Shown one piece after another: positions 26,831 through 36,028 of a stretch of 64,000 nucleotides of DNA. The stretch lies in contig CAWISW010000002.1 of assembly GCA_963838925.1 (NCBI GenBank), positions 352,001 to 416,000 on the forward strand. The letters run 5' to 3'. The position numbers and the translations under genes were made by a program. How positions within the stretch are numbered: the first letter of the stretch is position 1; the number at the start of each line of letters is the position of its first letter. This DNA comes from an uncultured Nitrososphaerota archaeon (GTDB taxonomy: Archaea; Thermoproteota; Nitrososphaeria; Nitrososphaerales; Gagatemarchaeaceae). The notes under the pieces are model-generated. The model saw only the letters and a program-made list of their open reading frames with translations, had not been told where the DNA came from and searched no databases.

Positions 26831-27478
26831 ATGGCGAAGGCCAGGCCACAGCACCCCTCACTCGCCGACAAGCGCTCCTTCAAGGCAGGATACGCTCACG
26901 TGAGGAAGCAAGACATCAAGCTCAGGCCAACGTTGGACGCCCTCGGAGTCATCGAGTTCCATCCGGAGGGCGAGCCCTTCGAGTCCCTCGTCGAGTCCAT
27001 CCTGTCGCAGCAGCTCGCAGGCTCCGCTGCCTCCGCGATCATCAAGAAGGTGAGGGCGCTCTTCCCCGGAGGAGTGCTCGAGGCGAAGCGGATGCACCGA
27101 ATCGACGGCGCGAAGCTCCGGGGCGCGGGCGTCTCGCCCCAGAAGCTGACCTACCTCAAGGACCTCGCAACGCGCGTCGTGGACGGGAGGCTCGACCTCG
27201 ACACCCTCAGATCCATGTCGGACGAAGAGATAATCGAGGTCCTCGACGAGGTGAAGGGGGTCGGGCCGTGGACGGTCCACATGTTCCTCATCTTCACGCT
27301 GGGAAGGCCCAACGTCCTCCCCGTGGACGACTACGGGATCAGGACGAGCGTCCAGCGCATCTACGGCTTCAACGAGCTCCCCAAGAAGGCGGACATCGAG
27401 AAGCTCGCCGAGAAGTGGCGCCCTTACTCCACGGTCGCCTCGTTGTACCTTTGGCACGCGAAAGACAACGAAAGCTAA
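26831..27478 (+). CDS. DNA-3-methyladenine glycosylase (AlkA/HhH-GPD)
   Basis: SILSQQL, VKGVGPWTV.MFLIF.LGRP.VLPVDD, WRPY. Confidence 0.92.
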   Translation: MAKARPQHPSLADKRSFKAGYAHVRKQDIKLRPTLDALGVIEFHPEGEPFESLVESILSQQLAGSAASAIIKKVRALFPGGVLEAKRMHRIDGAKLRGAGVSPQKLTYLKDLATRVVDGRLDLDTLRSMSDEEIIEVLDEVKGVGPWTVHMFLIFTLGRPNVLPVDDYGIRTSVQRIYGFNELPKKADIEKLAEKWRPYSTVASLYLWHAKDNES

Positions 27479-27505
27479 AATGAGCGCTCAGAGGGTGCAG
27501 TCGTC

Positions 27506-28684
27506 TTGAAGCTCTTCGGCCCCGAGCACGAGCACCTCCTTCTCTCGCTCTACGAGGCGGAAGGGGCCGAGACCTACGCAAGCCTTCTCCGCAGCCTCTC
27601 GGCCGTCCTCGAGGAAAAGGTGCTCCCTCTCTCGCTTTCGCTCGACCAGGGCAGGGGCGACATCAAGAAGACCAGGGGCGTCCTCTTCGACCAAGGCGTC
27701 TGCAAGCTCTCTCACCAGGGAGGCTACGGGGGAATGGGCCTTCCCTTCGGCGTGTACGCCCTCGCCATGGAGCTCGCCGGCGCGGCGGACGCGAGCACAG
27801 CGATGAGCCTCGGGATACACAACACGGTAGCCGACGCCATAGCACAGTTTGGGTCGGGGGAGCAGAAACGACGATACCTCCCTTCCCTCTTGTCAGGCGA
27901 GAAGCTCGCCGCCTTCGCGCTCACCGAGCCGTCCTCCGGCTCCGACGCGCGCTCAATGCGGACGAAGGCCTCGAAGGAGGGCAAGCACTACGTCATCGAG
28001 GGGTCGAAGATGTACATCACCAACGCGGGCGAGGCAGACATCTACCTGGTGTTCGCCTCGACGGGCAGCGGGCACGGCGCGTTCATCGTGGAGGCGACCA
28101 ACCCTGGCCTTATCTTCGGCTCCCAACTGGATGAGAAACTTGGGATGAGGGGGTCTCGCACCGCGGAAGTCAAGCTCGCAAAGTGTCGCGTGGACGCCGA
28201 GGACTCCCTGATTGGGAGCGACGGCCTCGGGTTCGAGCACGCCAAAGTCCTCCTAGACTCCAGCCGCATCATCATGGGAATAATCTGCGTTGGAATCGCA
28301 CGGACTGCCTACGGCAAGGCGCTCGCGTACGCTAAGGAAAGGGAGCTTTTCGGCAAGAAGCTCTCCGACATGCAGCTCACCAGGGAGAAGCTAGCGAACG
28401 CCGCGATCGAGATAAACGCCGCCCGCCTCCTCTGCGTGCACGCCTCGAGGCTCAAGGAACTGGGGCTGCAGTTCACGTCCGAGGCCGCCCAAGCCAAGGT
28501 CCTCGCGACGGAGATGGCCGTAAGGACGTGCGACTCGGCGGTCCAGCTCCTGGGGGGCTACGGCTACACCAGCGACGACGCCCACCGCCACCTGAGGGAC
28601 GCGAGGCTCCTCACGATAGGCGAGGGCGCCTCCGAAGTCCTGCGGATGCTCATCGCCTCCCAAGAGCTGGAGCGCGAGATTTGA
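27506..28684 (+). CDS. Acyl-CoA dehydrogenase
   Basis: FALTEPSSGSD, GSKMYITNA, KLGMRGS, QLLGGYGY, TIGEGASE. Confidence 0.93.
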   Translation: MKLFGPEHEHLLLSLYEAEGAETYASLLRSLSAVLEEKVLPLSLSLDQGRGDIKKTRGVLFDQGVCKLSHQGGYGGMGLPFGVYALAMELAGAADASTAMSLGIHNTVADAIAQFGSGEQKRRYLPSLLSGEKLAAFALTEPSSGSDARSMRTKASKEGKHYVIEGSKMYITNAGEADIYLVFASTGSGHGAFIVEATNPGLIFGSQLDEKLGMRGSRTAEVKLAKCRVDAEDSLIGSDGLGFEHAKVLLDSSRIIMGIICVGIARTAYGKALAYAKERELFGKKLSDMQLTREKLANAAIEINAARLLCVHASRLKELGLQFTSEAAQAKVLATEMAVRTCDSAVQLLGGYGYTSDDAHRHLRDARLLTIGEGASEVLRMLIASQELEREI

Positions 28685-29448
28685 ACATCGTAGTGCTTGT
28701 GAAGAGCGCTGTCAACGAGGCGGAGTTGCGGGCCGACCAGGCGGGGCACCCAGTCCTCAAGGGCGCGGCCACCAAGATGAGCAACTTCGACATGAACGGG
28801 GTCGAAGAGGCGGTAAAGCTAAAGGAGAAGAACGGCGGGACCGTGATTGTCGTCACGCTCGGGGACACCGACGCGAAGAAGGCGATCAGGGAGGCGATGG
28901 CGATGGGAGGGACGAGGGCCGTGCACGTGGTCTCCGATCCTTCGGGCGCCCCCGACTCGCTCGGCACGGCATACCTGCTCGCTAAGGCCGTCAAGCACTT
29001 GGGAGAGGTGGACATAGTCGTCTGCTCCGAGGGCGCCTCGGACACCTACCAAGGGCAGGTCGGCGCGATGGTGGCGGAGTTCCTGGGAATGCCTCTTCTC
29101 GCGTTCGCAAAGAAGGTCGAAGCCGGGGAGGGGAAGGTCAAGTGCGAGCAGAGCTCTGAGAGGGGAGTCGAGGTCATAGAGGCGAAGCTACCTGCTGTCG
29201 TCTCGGTTGTGAGCGAGGCGAACGTGCCCCGGTATCCCACGCTGCTGCAGGTCATGGTCGCGGGCAGGAAGGCAATCGAGGACATCCCCCTTGCGTCTCT
29301 GAAGGACGCGGGCTACCCGGAGACCGGTATGGAGGTGCTCGACGTCGCCTTGCAGCCAAACAACAGGAAGAAGGTGCTCCTCGAGGGGTCCCCCGAGGAG
29401 GCCGCGAAGAAGCTCGTCGATGCGCTGAAGCAGGAGGGCGTGATCTAG
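28681..29448 (+). CDS. etfB: Electron transfer flavoprotein beta subunit
   Basis: IVVLVK, FDMNGVEEAVKLKE, GQVGAMVAE.LG, NVPRYPTL. Confidence 0.92.
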   Translation: MNIVVLVKSAVNEAELRADQAGHPVLKGAATKMSNFDMNGVEEAVKLKEKNGGTVIVVTLGDTDAKKAIREAMAMGGTRAVHVVSDPSGAPDSLGTAYLLAKAVKHLGEVDIVVCSEGASDTYQGQVGAMVAEFLGMPLLAFAKKVEAGEGKVKCEQSSERGVEVIEAKLPAVVSVVSEANVPRYPTLLQVMVAGRKAIEDIPLASLKDAGYPETGMEVLDVALQPNNRKKVLLEGSPEEAAKKLVDALKQEGVI

Positions 29449-30374
29449 TGACGACCGTCATCTCGTACTCCGACAGCCCAGACCTCGCGGGAGAGGTCGC
29501 CGCGGCGGGCATCGGCGTGGCGAAGGAGCTAGGCGCGGAAGCGGTGACATTGGTGCTCGACGAGTTGAGCGCCCGCTTGCGGACGGGCGGGAAGATCGTG
29601 GTGGTCAAGGGAGAAAGGAGACTTGAGGACGACGCGGACGCCGCCGCCGTCGCAATCGTCGAAGTCGCAAAGGCGAAGAGCGCCCAGGTCGTCCTAGTGG
29701 GGGAGACGCGTTTCGGGACTGTGGTGGCCGGAAAAGTGGCCGCGCGCCTAAGGATGGGCTCATTGGGCATGGGGAAGAAACTGCGCGTCGATGGAGGCAG
29801 GCTCGTCCTCGAGAGGGACGTCTACGGGGGCAAGTTCGTAGCGACGGTCGCCGCCAAGATGCCTTGCGTGGCCATGGTCCAAGCTGGCTCCTACGCGGCT
29901 GTTGACGGGTCGACCGGGCCTTCCGAGACTGTCGCCGTGACTGCAGGGGTGCAGAGGGTGGCGCTGGTGGACACAAGGCAGAGCACGAGGGGGGCGAGCG
30001 ACATAAAGTCGGCCCGCATCGTCGTATCCGCGGGAAGGGGATTCGCGAAGAAGGAAGACCTGGCGCTCGCTCAAGACCTGGCTGACACGACGGGGGCAGC
30101 CCTTGGATGCTCTCGCCCTCTCTCTTCAGACCTCGGATGGATGGGGGAAGAGGCGCACATCGGGCTGACGGGCGCGTATGTGCACCCGCAGCTCTATCTG
30201 GCGATCGGGATCTCCGGCCAGCTGCAGCACATCGCAGGGATCAAGGACTCCAAGATCATCGTCGCGATTAACAAGGACGCGCAGGCGCCGATATTCCAGG
30301 TCGCGGACTATGGCATCGTCGGCGACCTCTACGACGTCGTGCCGGCGCTCACCAAGATTCTGAAGCAGGGGTAG
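29448..30374 (+). CDS. etfA: Electron transfer flavoprotein alpha subunit
   Basis: VSAGRG, GCSRP, YLAIGISGQLQHIAG, AINKD..APIF..ADYGIVGD. Confidence 0.95.
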   Translation: MTTVISYSDSPDLAGEVAAAGIGVAKELGAEAVTLVLDELSARLRTGGKIVVVKGERRLEDDADAAAVAIVEVAKAKSAQVVLVGETRFGTVVAGKVAARLRMGSLGMGKKLRVDGGRLVLERDVYGGKFVATVAAKMPCVAMVQAGSYAAVDGSTGPSETVAVTAGVQRVALVDTRQSTRGASDIKSARIVVSAGRGFAKKEDLALAQDLADTTGAALGCSRPLSSDLGWMGEEAHIGLTGAYVHPQLYLAIGISGQLQHIAGIKDSKIIVAINKDAQAPIFQVADYGIVGDLYDVVPALTKILKQG

Positions 30375-30386
30375 CGGCGCGGACTC

Positions 30387-30878
30387 TCACTTCACCTCGC
30401 GCAGGCGCCCCGTCTTGACGTCGTAGACGAACCCGCGGATCTTGCCCTTCCTGGAGATGAAGGGGCTCGCCTTGAGTCTCGCGATGCTCTGCCGCACGTC
30501 CTCGTCGAGGTCTGAGAACGCCTCCAGGGCGAACGGTGGCCTCATGCCGGTCTCAGCCTCTATCTTCTTCTTCTCGCCGTCGTCCGTGAACGTGAGTTGG
30601 CCGCAGTCTGTGTGATGGATGAGGACTATCTCCTCGGTCCCCATCCTGCGTTGGGAGATCATGATCGAGCGAATCGCGTCGTCTGTGGCGACACCTCCTG
30701 CGTTCCTGATCACGTGCGCGTCGCCGATGTCCAGCCCGAGCGCCCTGTGAACGTCAAGCCTCGAGTCCATGCAGGCGAGGACCACCAGTTTCCTCCTCGG
30801 CGAGAGGGGTAGGCCTCCGCTCTTGAAGCCCCTGGCGGCCGCCTCGTTGTTCTTCAGCAACGAGTCTATTCGGTCCAA
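30387..30878 (-). CDS. Beta-class carbonic anhydrase
   Basis: ACMDSR, IRNAGG, HHTDCG, GFVYDV.TG.L. Confidence 0.93.
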   Translation of the reverse strand: MDRIDSLLKNNEAAARGFKSGGLPLSPRRKLVVLACMDSRLDVHRALGLDIGDAHVIRNAGGVATDDAIRSIMISQRRMGTEEIVLIHHTDCGQLTFTDDGEKKKIEAETGMRPPFALEAFSDLDEDVRQSIARLKASPFISRKGKIRGFVYDVKTGRLREVK

Positions 30879-30935
30879 CCCCGCCCCGAACCCGCACACG
30901 CGATATAACGATGGCGAAAGGCGCGGCTCTTCCGC

Positions 30936-31568
30936 TCAGTTGCTAATCGCCGGCGCTTGCCTCACGTACTTCCGGTCGCGCAAGATCTGGAGGATGAAGT
31001 CGGCGATGTCCGCGCGCGAGATGAACGAGGCCACCTCTCCCCTGCCAAGATGGCCTGCCCTGACCTTCCCGGACTTTTCCTTGTTGTTCAGCGTCGTCAT
31101 GCGAAGGATCGTCCAGTCGAGGTCGGACGCGCGGAGCGTCTCGGCTACGCTGACTATCTCTTCGTAGGCCGGGCGCATTGCGAGCTTGACGAGGAAGACC
31201 AGCGCCCTCGCCCTCAGCTCCGGCTTGTCGTCCTCGTCCTTGACGCTGAGCGTCGACGTGATGACTATCCTCTTGACCCCCAGCCTGTCCATGGCTGCCA
31301 CGATGTTCTGCATCCCCTTTGTGAGCGGCTTGTCCTTCGAGCCGCCTCTGGGCCCCAACGTGCTGACAACCGCGTCCACCCCGCCCAGGGCCTCCTCGAT
31401 CTTCTCTTGGTCGGCCAGCTCTCCCTGCACGACCTTCAAGCCCTCGTTGGTGATGCCGAGCTTCGACGGGTTGCGGACGTAGGCGACGACCTCGTCCCCT
31501 TCGGCGAGCGCCTGCGCCACAACCTCCTTCCCCGTGGGGCCCGTTGCTCCGAAGACCGCGATCTTCAA
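30936..31568 (-). CDS. NAD(P)H-binding oxidoreductase (flavin reductase/BVR-B-like)
   Basis: IAVFGATGPTG, VRNPSKL, LDWTILR, ISRADIADF. Confidence 0.9.
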   Translation of the reverse strand: MKIAVFGATGPTGKEVVAQALAEGDEVVAYVRNPSKLGITNEGLKVVQGELADQEKIEEALGGVDAVVSTLGPRGGSKDKPLTKGMQNIVAAMDRLGVKRIVITSTLSVKDEDDKPELRARALVFLVKLAMRPAYEEIVSVAETLRASDLDWTILRMTTLNNKEKSGKVRAGHLGRGEVASFISRADIADFILQILRDRKYVRQAPAISN

Positions 31569-31685
31569 TCGATGCTTCTCTCTGAGCGAAACATTCCATC
31601 ACATAAGGCTCTTCCCGAGGCGCTCCGGCTAGGCGAGTTGGCACCGCGGGCTACGATGCGGGAGGCGCTGAGCCGCTCCGCCGCT

Positions 31686-32519
31686 TCATGGATTGAGTTT
31701 GTCTTCGAGAAAGGGCTTCATCACCAAGTCCCACGGGGTGGCGATGCAATCGTCGTCGACAACCAGGCATGCGCTTGGGTCGACCACGAGGCGCTCCCAG
31801 GCCTCGTGGACGCTGATTTCGCCGTTCACCCTGTTCAGGCGCTTCGCTCGGACTCCCAGCATCTCTCCGAGGATCGAATTCAGGAAGCCGCCCGCGTCTT
31901 GGGACAGGGACTGCATGCCCTCCGATGAGAAGAAGGCTTCTATGAACTCGCGCTCAGTAAGGCCGTAGAATTCCCCGTCTCTCTTGACGACGGTCCTCCG
32001 AATCCTGTTGAGCATCATGTAGCGCAGGGAGTCCGAGAGAGGCTGCTCTTCAGAGGTGACCTTCAGCCGTGACGCGACATCCCTCACCTTCAGGGGCACC
32101 GTCATGTTTCTGAGCACCAGGCAGGGGATGATCTGGCTCAGAGAGAGGACCGCGATGGGCTCTCCGTCATCGTCGGTGATGGTCACGTCTCCGTACCTGT
32201 TTGCTGCTATCTTCTTCAGGACCGACTGGAAATCGTCTCTGTGGCTCAGATACGAGATTTCAGACACGCCCAATCCTTCGATGACTTGCCCAATGGATTG
32301 ACTCAGTCGGCTCAAGATCTCGGCGCTCGGCAAGTTCATGAGATGCGCCACCAGCTGATATCCGTAGAGCGCGCCGAGCACTTCGCTCCCGTCGGTGACG
32401 AAGACCGAGGAGACGTCCCACGACGACAACATGGTGCCCAGCTGCAGCACGCTGTCTTCCTTCGAGACAGCCACGGGCGGCCTGACCGTGGTGCCCTGGA
32501 GCAGCTCAGAGACGTTCAT
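31686..32519 (-). CDS. Multi-CBS-domain protein
   Basis: CBS-like repeats (VRDVAS...M..NRIRR.VV...G.TERE; TPWDLV). Confidence 0.75.
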   Translation of the reverse strand: MNVSELLQGTTVRPPVAVSKEDSVLQLGTMLSSWDVSSVFVTDGSEVLGALYGYQLVAHLMNLPSAEILSRLSQSIGQVIEGLGVSEISYLSHRDDFQSVLKKIAANRYGDVTITDDDGEPIAVLSLSQIIPCLVLRNMTVPLKVRDVASRLKVTSEEQPLSDSLRYMMLNRIRRTVVKRDGEFYGLTEREFIEAFFSSEGMQSLSQDAGGFLNSILGEMLGVRAKRLNRVNGEISVHEAWERLVVDPSACLVVDDDCIATPWDLVMKPFLEDKLNP

Positions 32520-32768
32520 TCCAAGGCCTGTGCTCGAAATCGTGTTTGAACCGTCTAAAAGCCATATTGTGCGCTTTCCCAATATCTTCGAGAGACTTTT
32601 GGGGAACTACCGGGCCGCGAGGCGCAGGATGAGACGCGCTTGGCTTCGACCTTCGAGCAAGCAAAGTCGACCCGTGGCGACAGGCTCTGCGCGACAATCA
32701 AGGCTCCAAACAATGTAAATATCTGCGGCGGGCTTCCGGGGAGGACATGGAAGGAAAGTTCGAGCGCC

Positions 32769-33320
32769 ATGGAGACACAATCTGACGACGCAACTTTGGT
32801 CGTGAGCAGGCGGATAAGGCCGGGGCAGGAGCAGGCCTACGAGGGCTGGCTCCGGCGAGTCATCCAAGCAGCGAGGGCGTTCCCAGGATACATGGGTGTG
32901 ACGACCCTTTCGCCCGAAGGGGTGGATTCCGACCTCAGGTATCTCATCTGGCGGTTCGACAACGCCGCGACGCTCGAGGCCTGGGAGAAGTCTGACGTGA
33001 GGAACAAGCTAGTGCAGGAAGTCCAGAACTACTCGACCCAGCACTACGAGAAGGCGACGGGGATGGAGACCTGGTTCTTGCTCCCGAGCATGAAGAAGAT
33101 CCAGGCGCCGCCCAAGTGGAAGATGTTCGCGGTGACCCTCCTCGCGGCGTACGTTGTCAGCTTCCTCGCCCGTTTCATCCTCGGCTCCTATCTGGGGTCT
33201 TGGCCGCTCTTCGCGAGCAACCTCGTCTTCTCCGGCATCCTTGTGGGGACCCTGACCTACTTCGCCATGCCGAGGCTCAGCTCTCTGCTCCGCAGCTGGC
33301 TCTACCCCAAGGACGGCTGA
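32769..33320 (+). CDS. ABM-fold protein with a C-terminal TM hairpin
   Basis: RRIRPGQE..YE.W, FPGYMG, TGMETWF, PPKWKM, YFAMP.L..LL..WL. Confidence 0.85.
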   Translation: METQSDDATLVVSRRIRPGQEQAYEGWLRRVIQAARAFPGYMGVTTLSPEGVDSDLRYLIWRFDNAATLEAWEKSDVRNKLVQEVQNYSTQHYEKATGMETWFLLPSMKKIQAPPKWKMFAVTLLAAYVVSFLARFILGSYLGSWPLFASNLVFSGILVGTLTYFAMPRLSSLLRSWLYPKDG

Positions 33321-33328
33321 GGTCGGCA

Positions 33329-35341
33329 CTATTTCGGAGGCAGCCTGTCCGCGACGATCTCGGCGATGTCGCGCACCTCGAGGCCTCCCTTCGGTCCTTT
33401 CGCCGCGTCCTCGAGCATCGTGATGCAAAAGGGGCACGCCACTGCGAGCGTCTTCGCGCCGGTCTTCACCGCCTCCTCCATGCGTATCGCGCTGATCTTC
33501 GTCTTCTCAGGAACCTGATACCAGACGTTCGCCCCGCCCCCGCCGCAGCAGAAGCTCTTCTCGCGGCTCCGCGGCATCTCGACAACCTCGAAGCCTTCCG
33601 CCGCCTTGATGACGTCCCTCGGCGCGTCGTAGACCCCGTTCACCCTCCCGAGGTTGCACGGGTCGTGGAATGTCACCGCCCCTTCGCGCTTCTCCATCTT
33701 GAGCCTCCCCTGCCCGACCAATTCGCCGATGAGCTGCGAGTGGTGGATGACCTGGAAGTCCGCACCGAACTCGGGGTACTCGTTGAGGAAGGTGTTGAAG
33801 CAGTGCGGGCAGTGGACGACCACCTTCTTCGCCCCCGAGCGCGCGATGCTCTCGATGTTCCTGAGCGCGAGCTCCTGGAAGCGCGCCTCCTCCCCCATCC
33901 TCCTGACCGGCTCTCCCGTGCACGCCTCCTCGTTCCCGAGCACTGCGTAGTTCACCTTCGCCGCGTCCAGGATCTTGACCACCGCCTGCGTGAGCCTCTT
34001 TCCCCTGGGGTCGTAGCTCCCCTGGCACCCGACCCAGTAGAGGTACTCCGGGTTGGGGTTCGTCTTGAGCGTCGGGGCCCCGGCCTCCACGAGCCAGTTC
34101 TGCCTCTCTTGCTGGGGGAGCCCGAAGGGATTGTTCGCGCGCGCGACGTTCTCGAGGAACGCGCGCTTCATCGGGTCGAGCCTGTTCTCTGCTACCAGCG
34201 TCCGCCGAAAGTCCACGATGTAGTCGACTTGGTTGATGAAGACCGGGCATGCCTCCACGCAGGCGCTGCAGGTCGTGCAAGCCCACAGCTCGCTCTCGCG
34301 TATCACGCCCCTCGCGAAGACGTCCTCCTTCGGGGCTGCCTTCGACTGCTTCCCGAGGTCCTGGATGACGTCCCGTGGCGATAGGTCCCTTCCCGCGGCA
34401 TTCGCCGGGCAGACCTCCACGCATCTCCCGCAGTTGGTGCAAGCGTCGAGGGCAAGAAGCCTCAGGGGCGGGAAGTAGTCCGCAGTGCGAGCGTTGGGCG
34501 GCGCTTCCACCTCCCCCGTCTTGAGCATCGCCGCGAGGCTGAACGGGGTGCTCAGTTGCCCGCGGGGCTTCTCGGGCGCGAGGACGATGTTCGAGGCTGA
34601 GGTGAAGACGTGGATCAGCTTCGTGTACGGAGTCGCGGCAATCAGGGCCATGACCGAGAACATGTGCGCCCACCAGAAGCCCTGGTAGACGACCTGCGCC
34701 TGCGCGACCGAGAGCGACAGAGTCCCCCCGATGAGCGCCGAGAGCGCGTCCCCCACGGGCGAGAAGATCGCCCACTGTGATGGAACGGCGACGAACCTCA
34801 GCGCCTCGATGACGAACCCGGAGACGCCTATCCAGATGAGCATGCCCAGCACTACGCGGTCGTCCCAGCCCGTCCTCAGCTTGTCCAGCCGCTGGACGTA
34901 GCGCCGGTAGACCGCTATCGCGAGCCCGATTATGAAGAGGAGGCCGAGGGTATCCCCGAGGAACTCCAACGCTAGGTAAAAGTCCCCCTTGATGAAAATC
35001 CCCCCGCCGAAGATGGGCAGTATGTCGGACTGGACGAAGATCAGGAAGGTGTAGGCGAAGAGCATTAGGAACCCGTAGAAGACGGCCCCGTGCATCACAC
35101 CGCCGGAACCACCCTCCAGGACCTTCCTCTGGCCCAGGGCGTACTTGCCGAACCTCCCGAGCTTCGTCTTGAGGTCCTCGGACGAGAGCGAGAGGAACTC
35201 CCCGAGGCCCATCCCGTAGCTCCTCAGGTGTCTGTAGAGGCCGAGGAGCATGATGAGGCCGGCGGCGAAGAAGGTGATGTAGACCAGTGCGGGCGCGTAA
35301 GAGGGGAGAAAGAGGTAGCTCTGGCGCACCGGCTCCGACAT
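33329..35341 (-). CDS. FadF-like membrane Fe-S oxidoreductase (NarI-like TM + 4Fe-4S + CCG domains), probable ETF:quinone oxidoreductase
   Basis: TM His residues, CTNCGRC..CP, CTTCSAC..CP, CPHC, HDPC, CCGGGG, ACPFC. Confidence 0.9.
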   Translation of the reverse strand: MSEPVRQSYLFLPSYAPALVYITFFAAGLIMLLGLYRHLRSYGMGLGEFLSLSSEDLKTKLGRFGKYALGQRKVLEGGSGGVMHGAVFYGFLMLFAYTFLIFVQSDILPIFGGGIFIKGDFYLALEFLGDTLGLLFIIGLAIAVYRRYVQRLDKLRTGWDDRVVLGMLIWIGVSGFVIEALRFVAVPSQWAIFSPVGDALSALIGGTLSLSVAQAQVVYQGFWWAHMFSVMALIAATPYTKLIHVFTSASNIVLAPEKPRGQLSTPFSLAAMLKTGEVEAPPNARTADYFPPLRLLALDACTNCGRCVEVCPANAAGRDLSPRDVIQDLGKQSKAAPKEDVFARGVIRESELWACTTCSACVEACPVFINQVDYIVDFRRTLVAENRLDPMKRAFLENVARANNPFGLPQQERQNWLVEAGAPTLKTNPNPEYLYWVGCQGSYDPRGKRLTQAVVKILDAAKVNYAVLGNEEACTGEPVRRMGEEARFQELALRNIESIARSGAKKVVVHCPHCFNTFLNEYPEFGADFQVIHHSQLIGELVGQGRLKMEKREGAVTFHDPCNLGRVNGVYDAPRDVIKAAEGFEVVEMPRSREKSFCCGGGGANVWYQVPEKTKISAIRMEEAVKTGAKTLAVACPFCITMLEDAAKGPKGGLEVRDIAEIVADRLPPK

Positions 35342-35541
35342 TAGATGGCTGCGTTCACCCTGATTTGGTTAATACAGCTTGCGACCCTCGGCGCCGCTAG
35401 AGCCTTCGGTGAAGACCAATCCCCTAGGTTTATCTATCGTCGCAGCGGTGGAACAGACTGAGACGGCGCAATCTCGGAGAGAAAGGCGAAGTGATGCACA
35501 TGAAGCTTACAGCGTCGATGCCCTCGGCAGAGTGACCTCGG

Positions 35542-35970
35542 ATGAGCAATCCAGACGACGAAATGAACCCGTATGAAACATTGGGACTTCCTCCAGATGC
35601 CACTTTGGAGCAGGTGAAATCAAGGTTCAGGCAAGTCAACGACGCATATCTCAAGATACTCCAGTCGTCAAAGACCGGCGTGAGGGCCGGTGCGCCCAGT
35701 CGACCTAGTCCAACAGAAGACAGCACTGTCCAACCCAAGCCACAGCCAGATGCAAGTCCAAAGCAGGGGGCCTCGCCTCCGCAACAGACTCACACGGAGC
35801 CGATAGCCAAGATCAAGGCAAGGCTCGCAAAAGGGGAAATAAAGAAAGCCCAATTTGAGAAGCTGGCAAGAGAGCGGTACAATTACCTCAAGAACAAGCC
35901 CTTCAGCGAGTTGACGGACTCTGAGTTTGAAGAGAGAACCAAGGGGTTTGAAGGATTGAAGTTTCTATGA
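35542..35970 (+). CDS. J-domain-like protein without the HPD loop
   Basis: NPYETLGL..DAT.EQVK joins directly to FRQVNDAY; Pro-rich linker; SHOCT-like RLAKGEI...F. Confidence 0.65.
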   Translation: MSNPDDEMNPYETLGLPPDATLEQVKSRFRQVNDAYLKILQSSKTGVRAGAPSRPSPTEDSTVQPKPQPDASPKQGASPPQQTHTEPIAKIKARLAKGEIKKAQFEKLARERYNYLKNKPFSELTDSEFEERTKGFEGLKFL

Positions 35971-36028
35971 CCCAGTCGCACGACTAGGATAGGAGTCTAC
36001 CAAGTCGAGTCCTTCGCCTGAGACAGAC

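Noticed and set aside
27506-28684. Isovaleryl-CoA dehydrogenase call
   Set aside because: It retains the C-terminal catalytic Glu (IGEG), unlike classical IVD; the substrate cannot be assigned.
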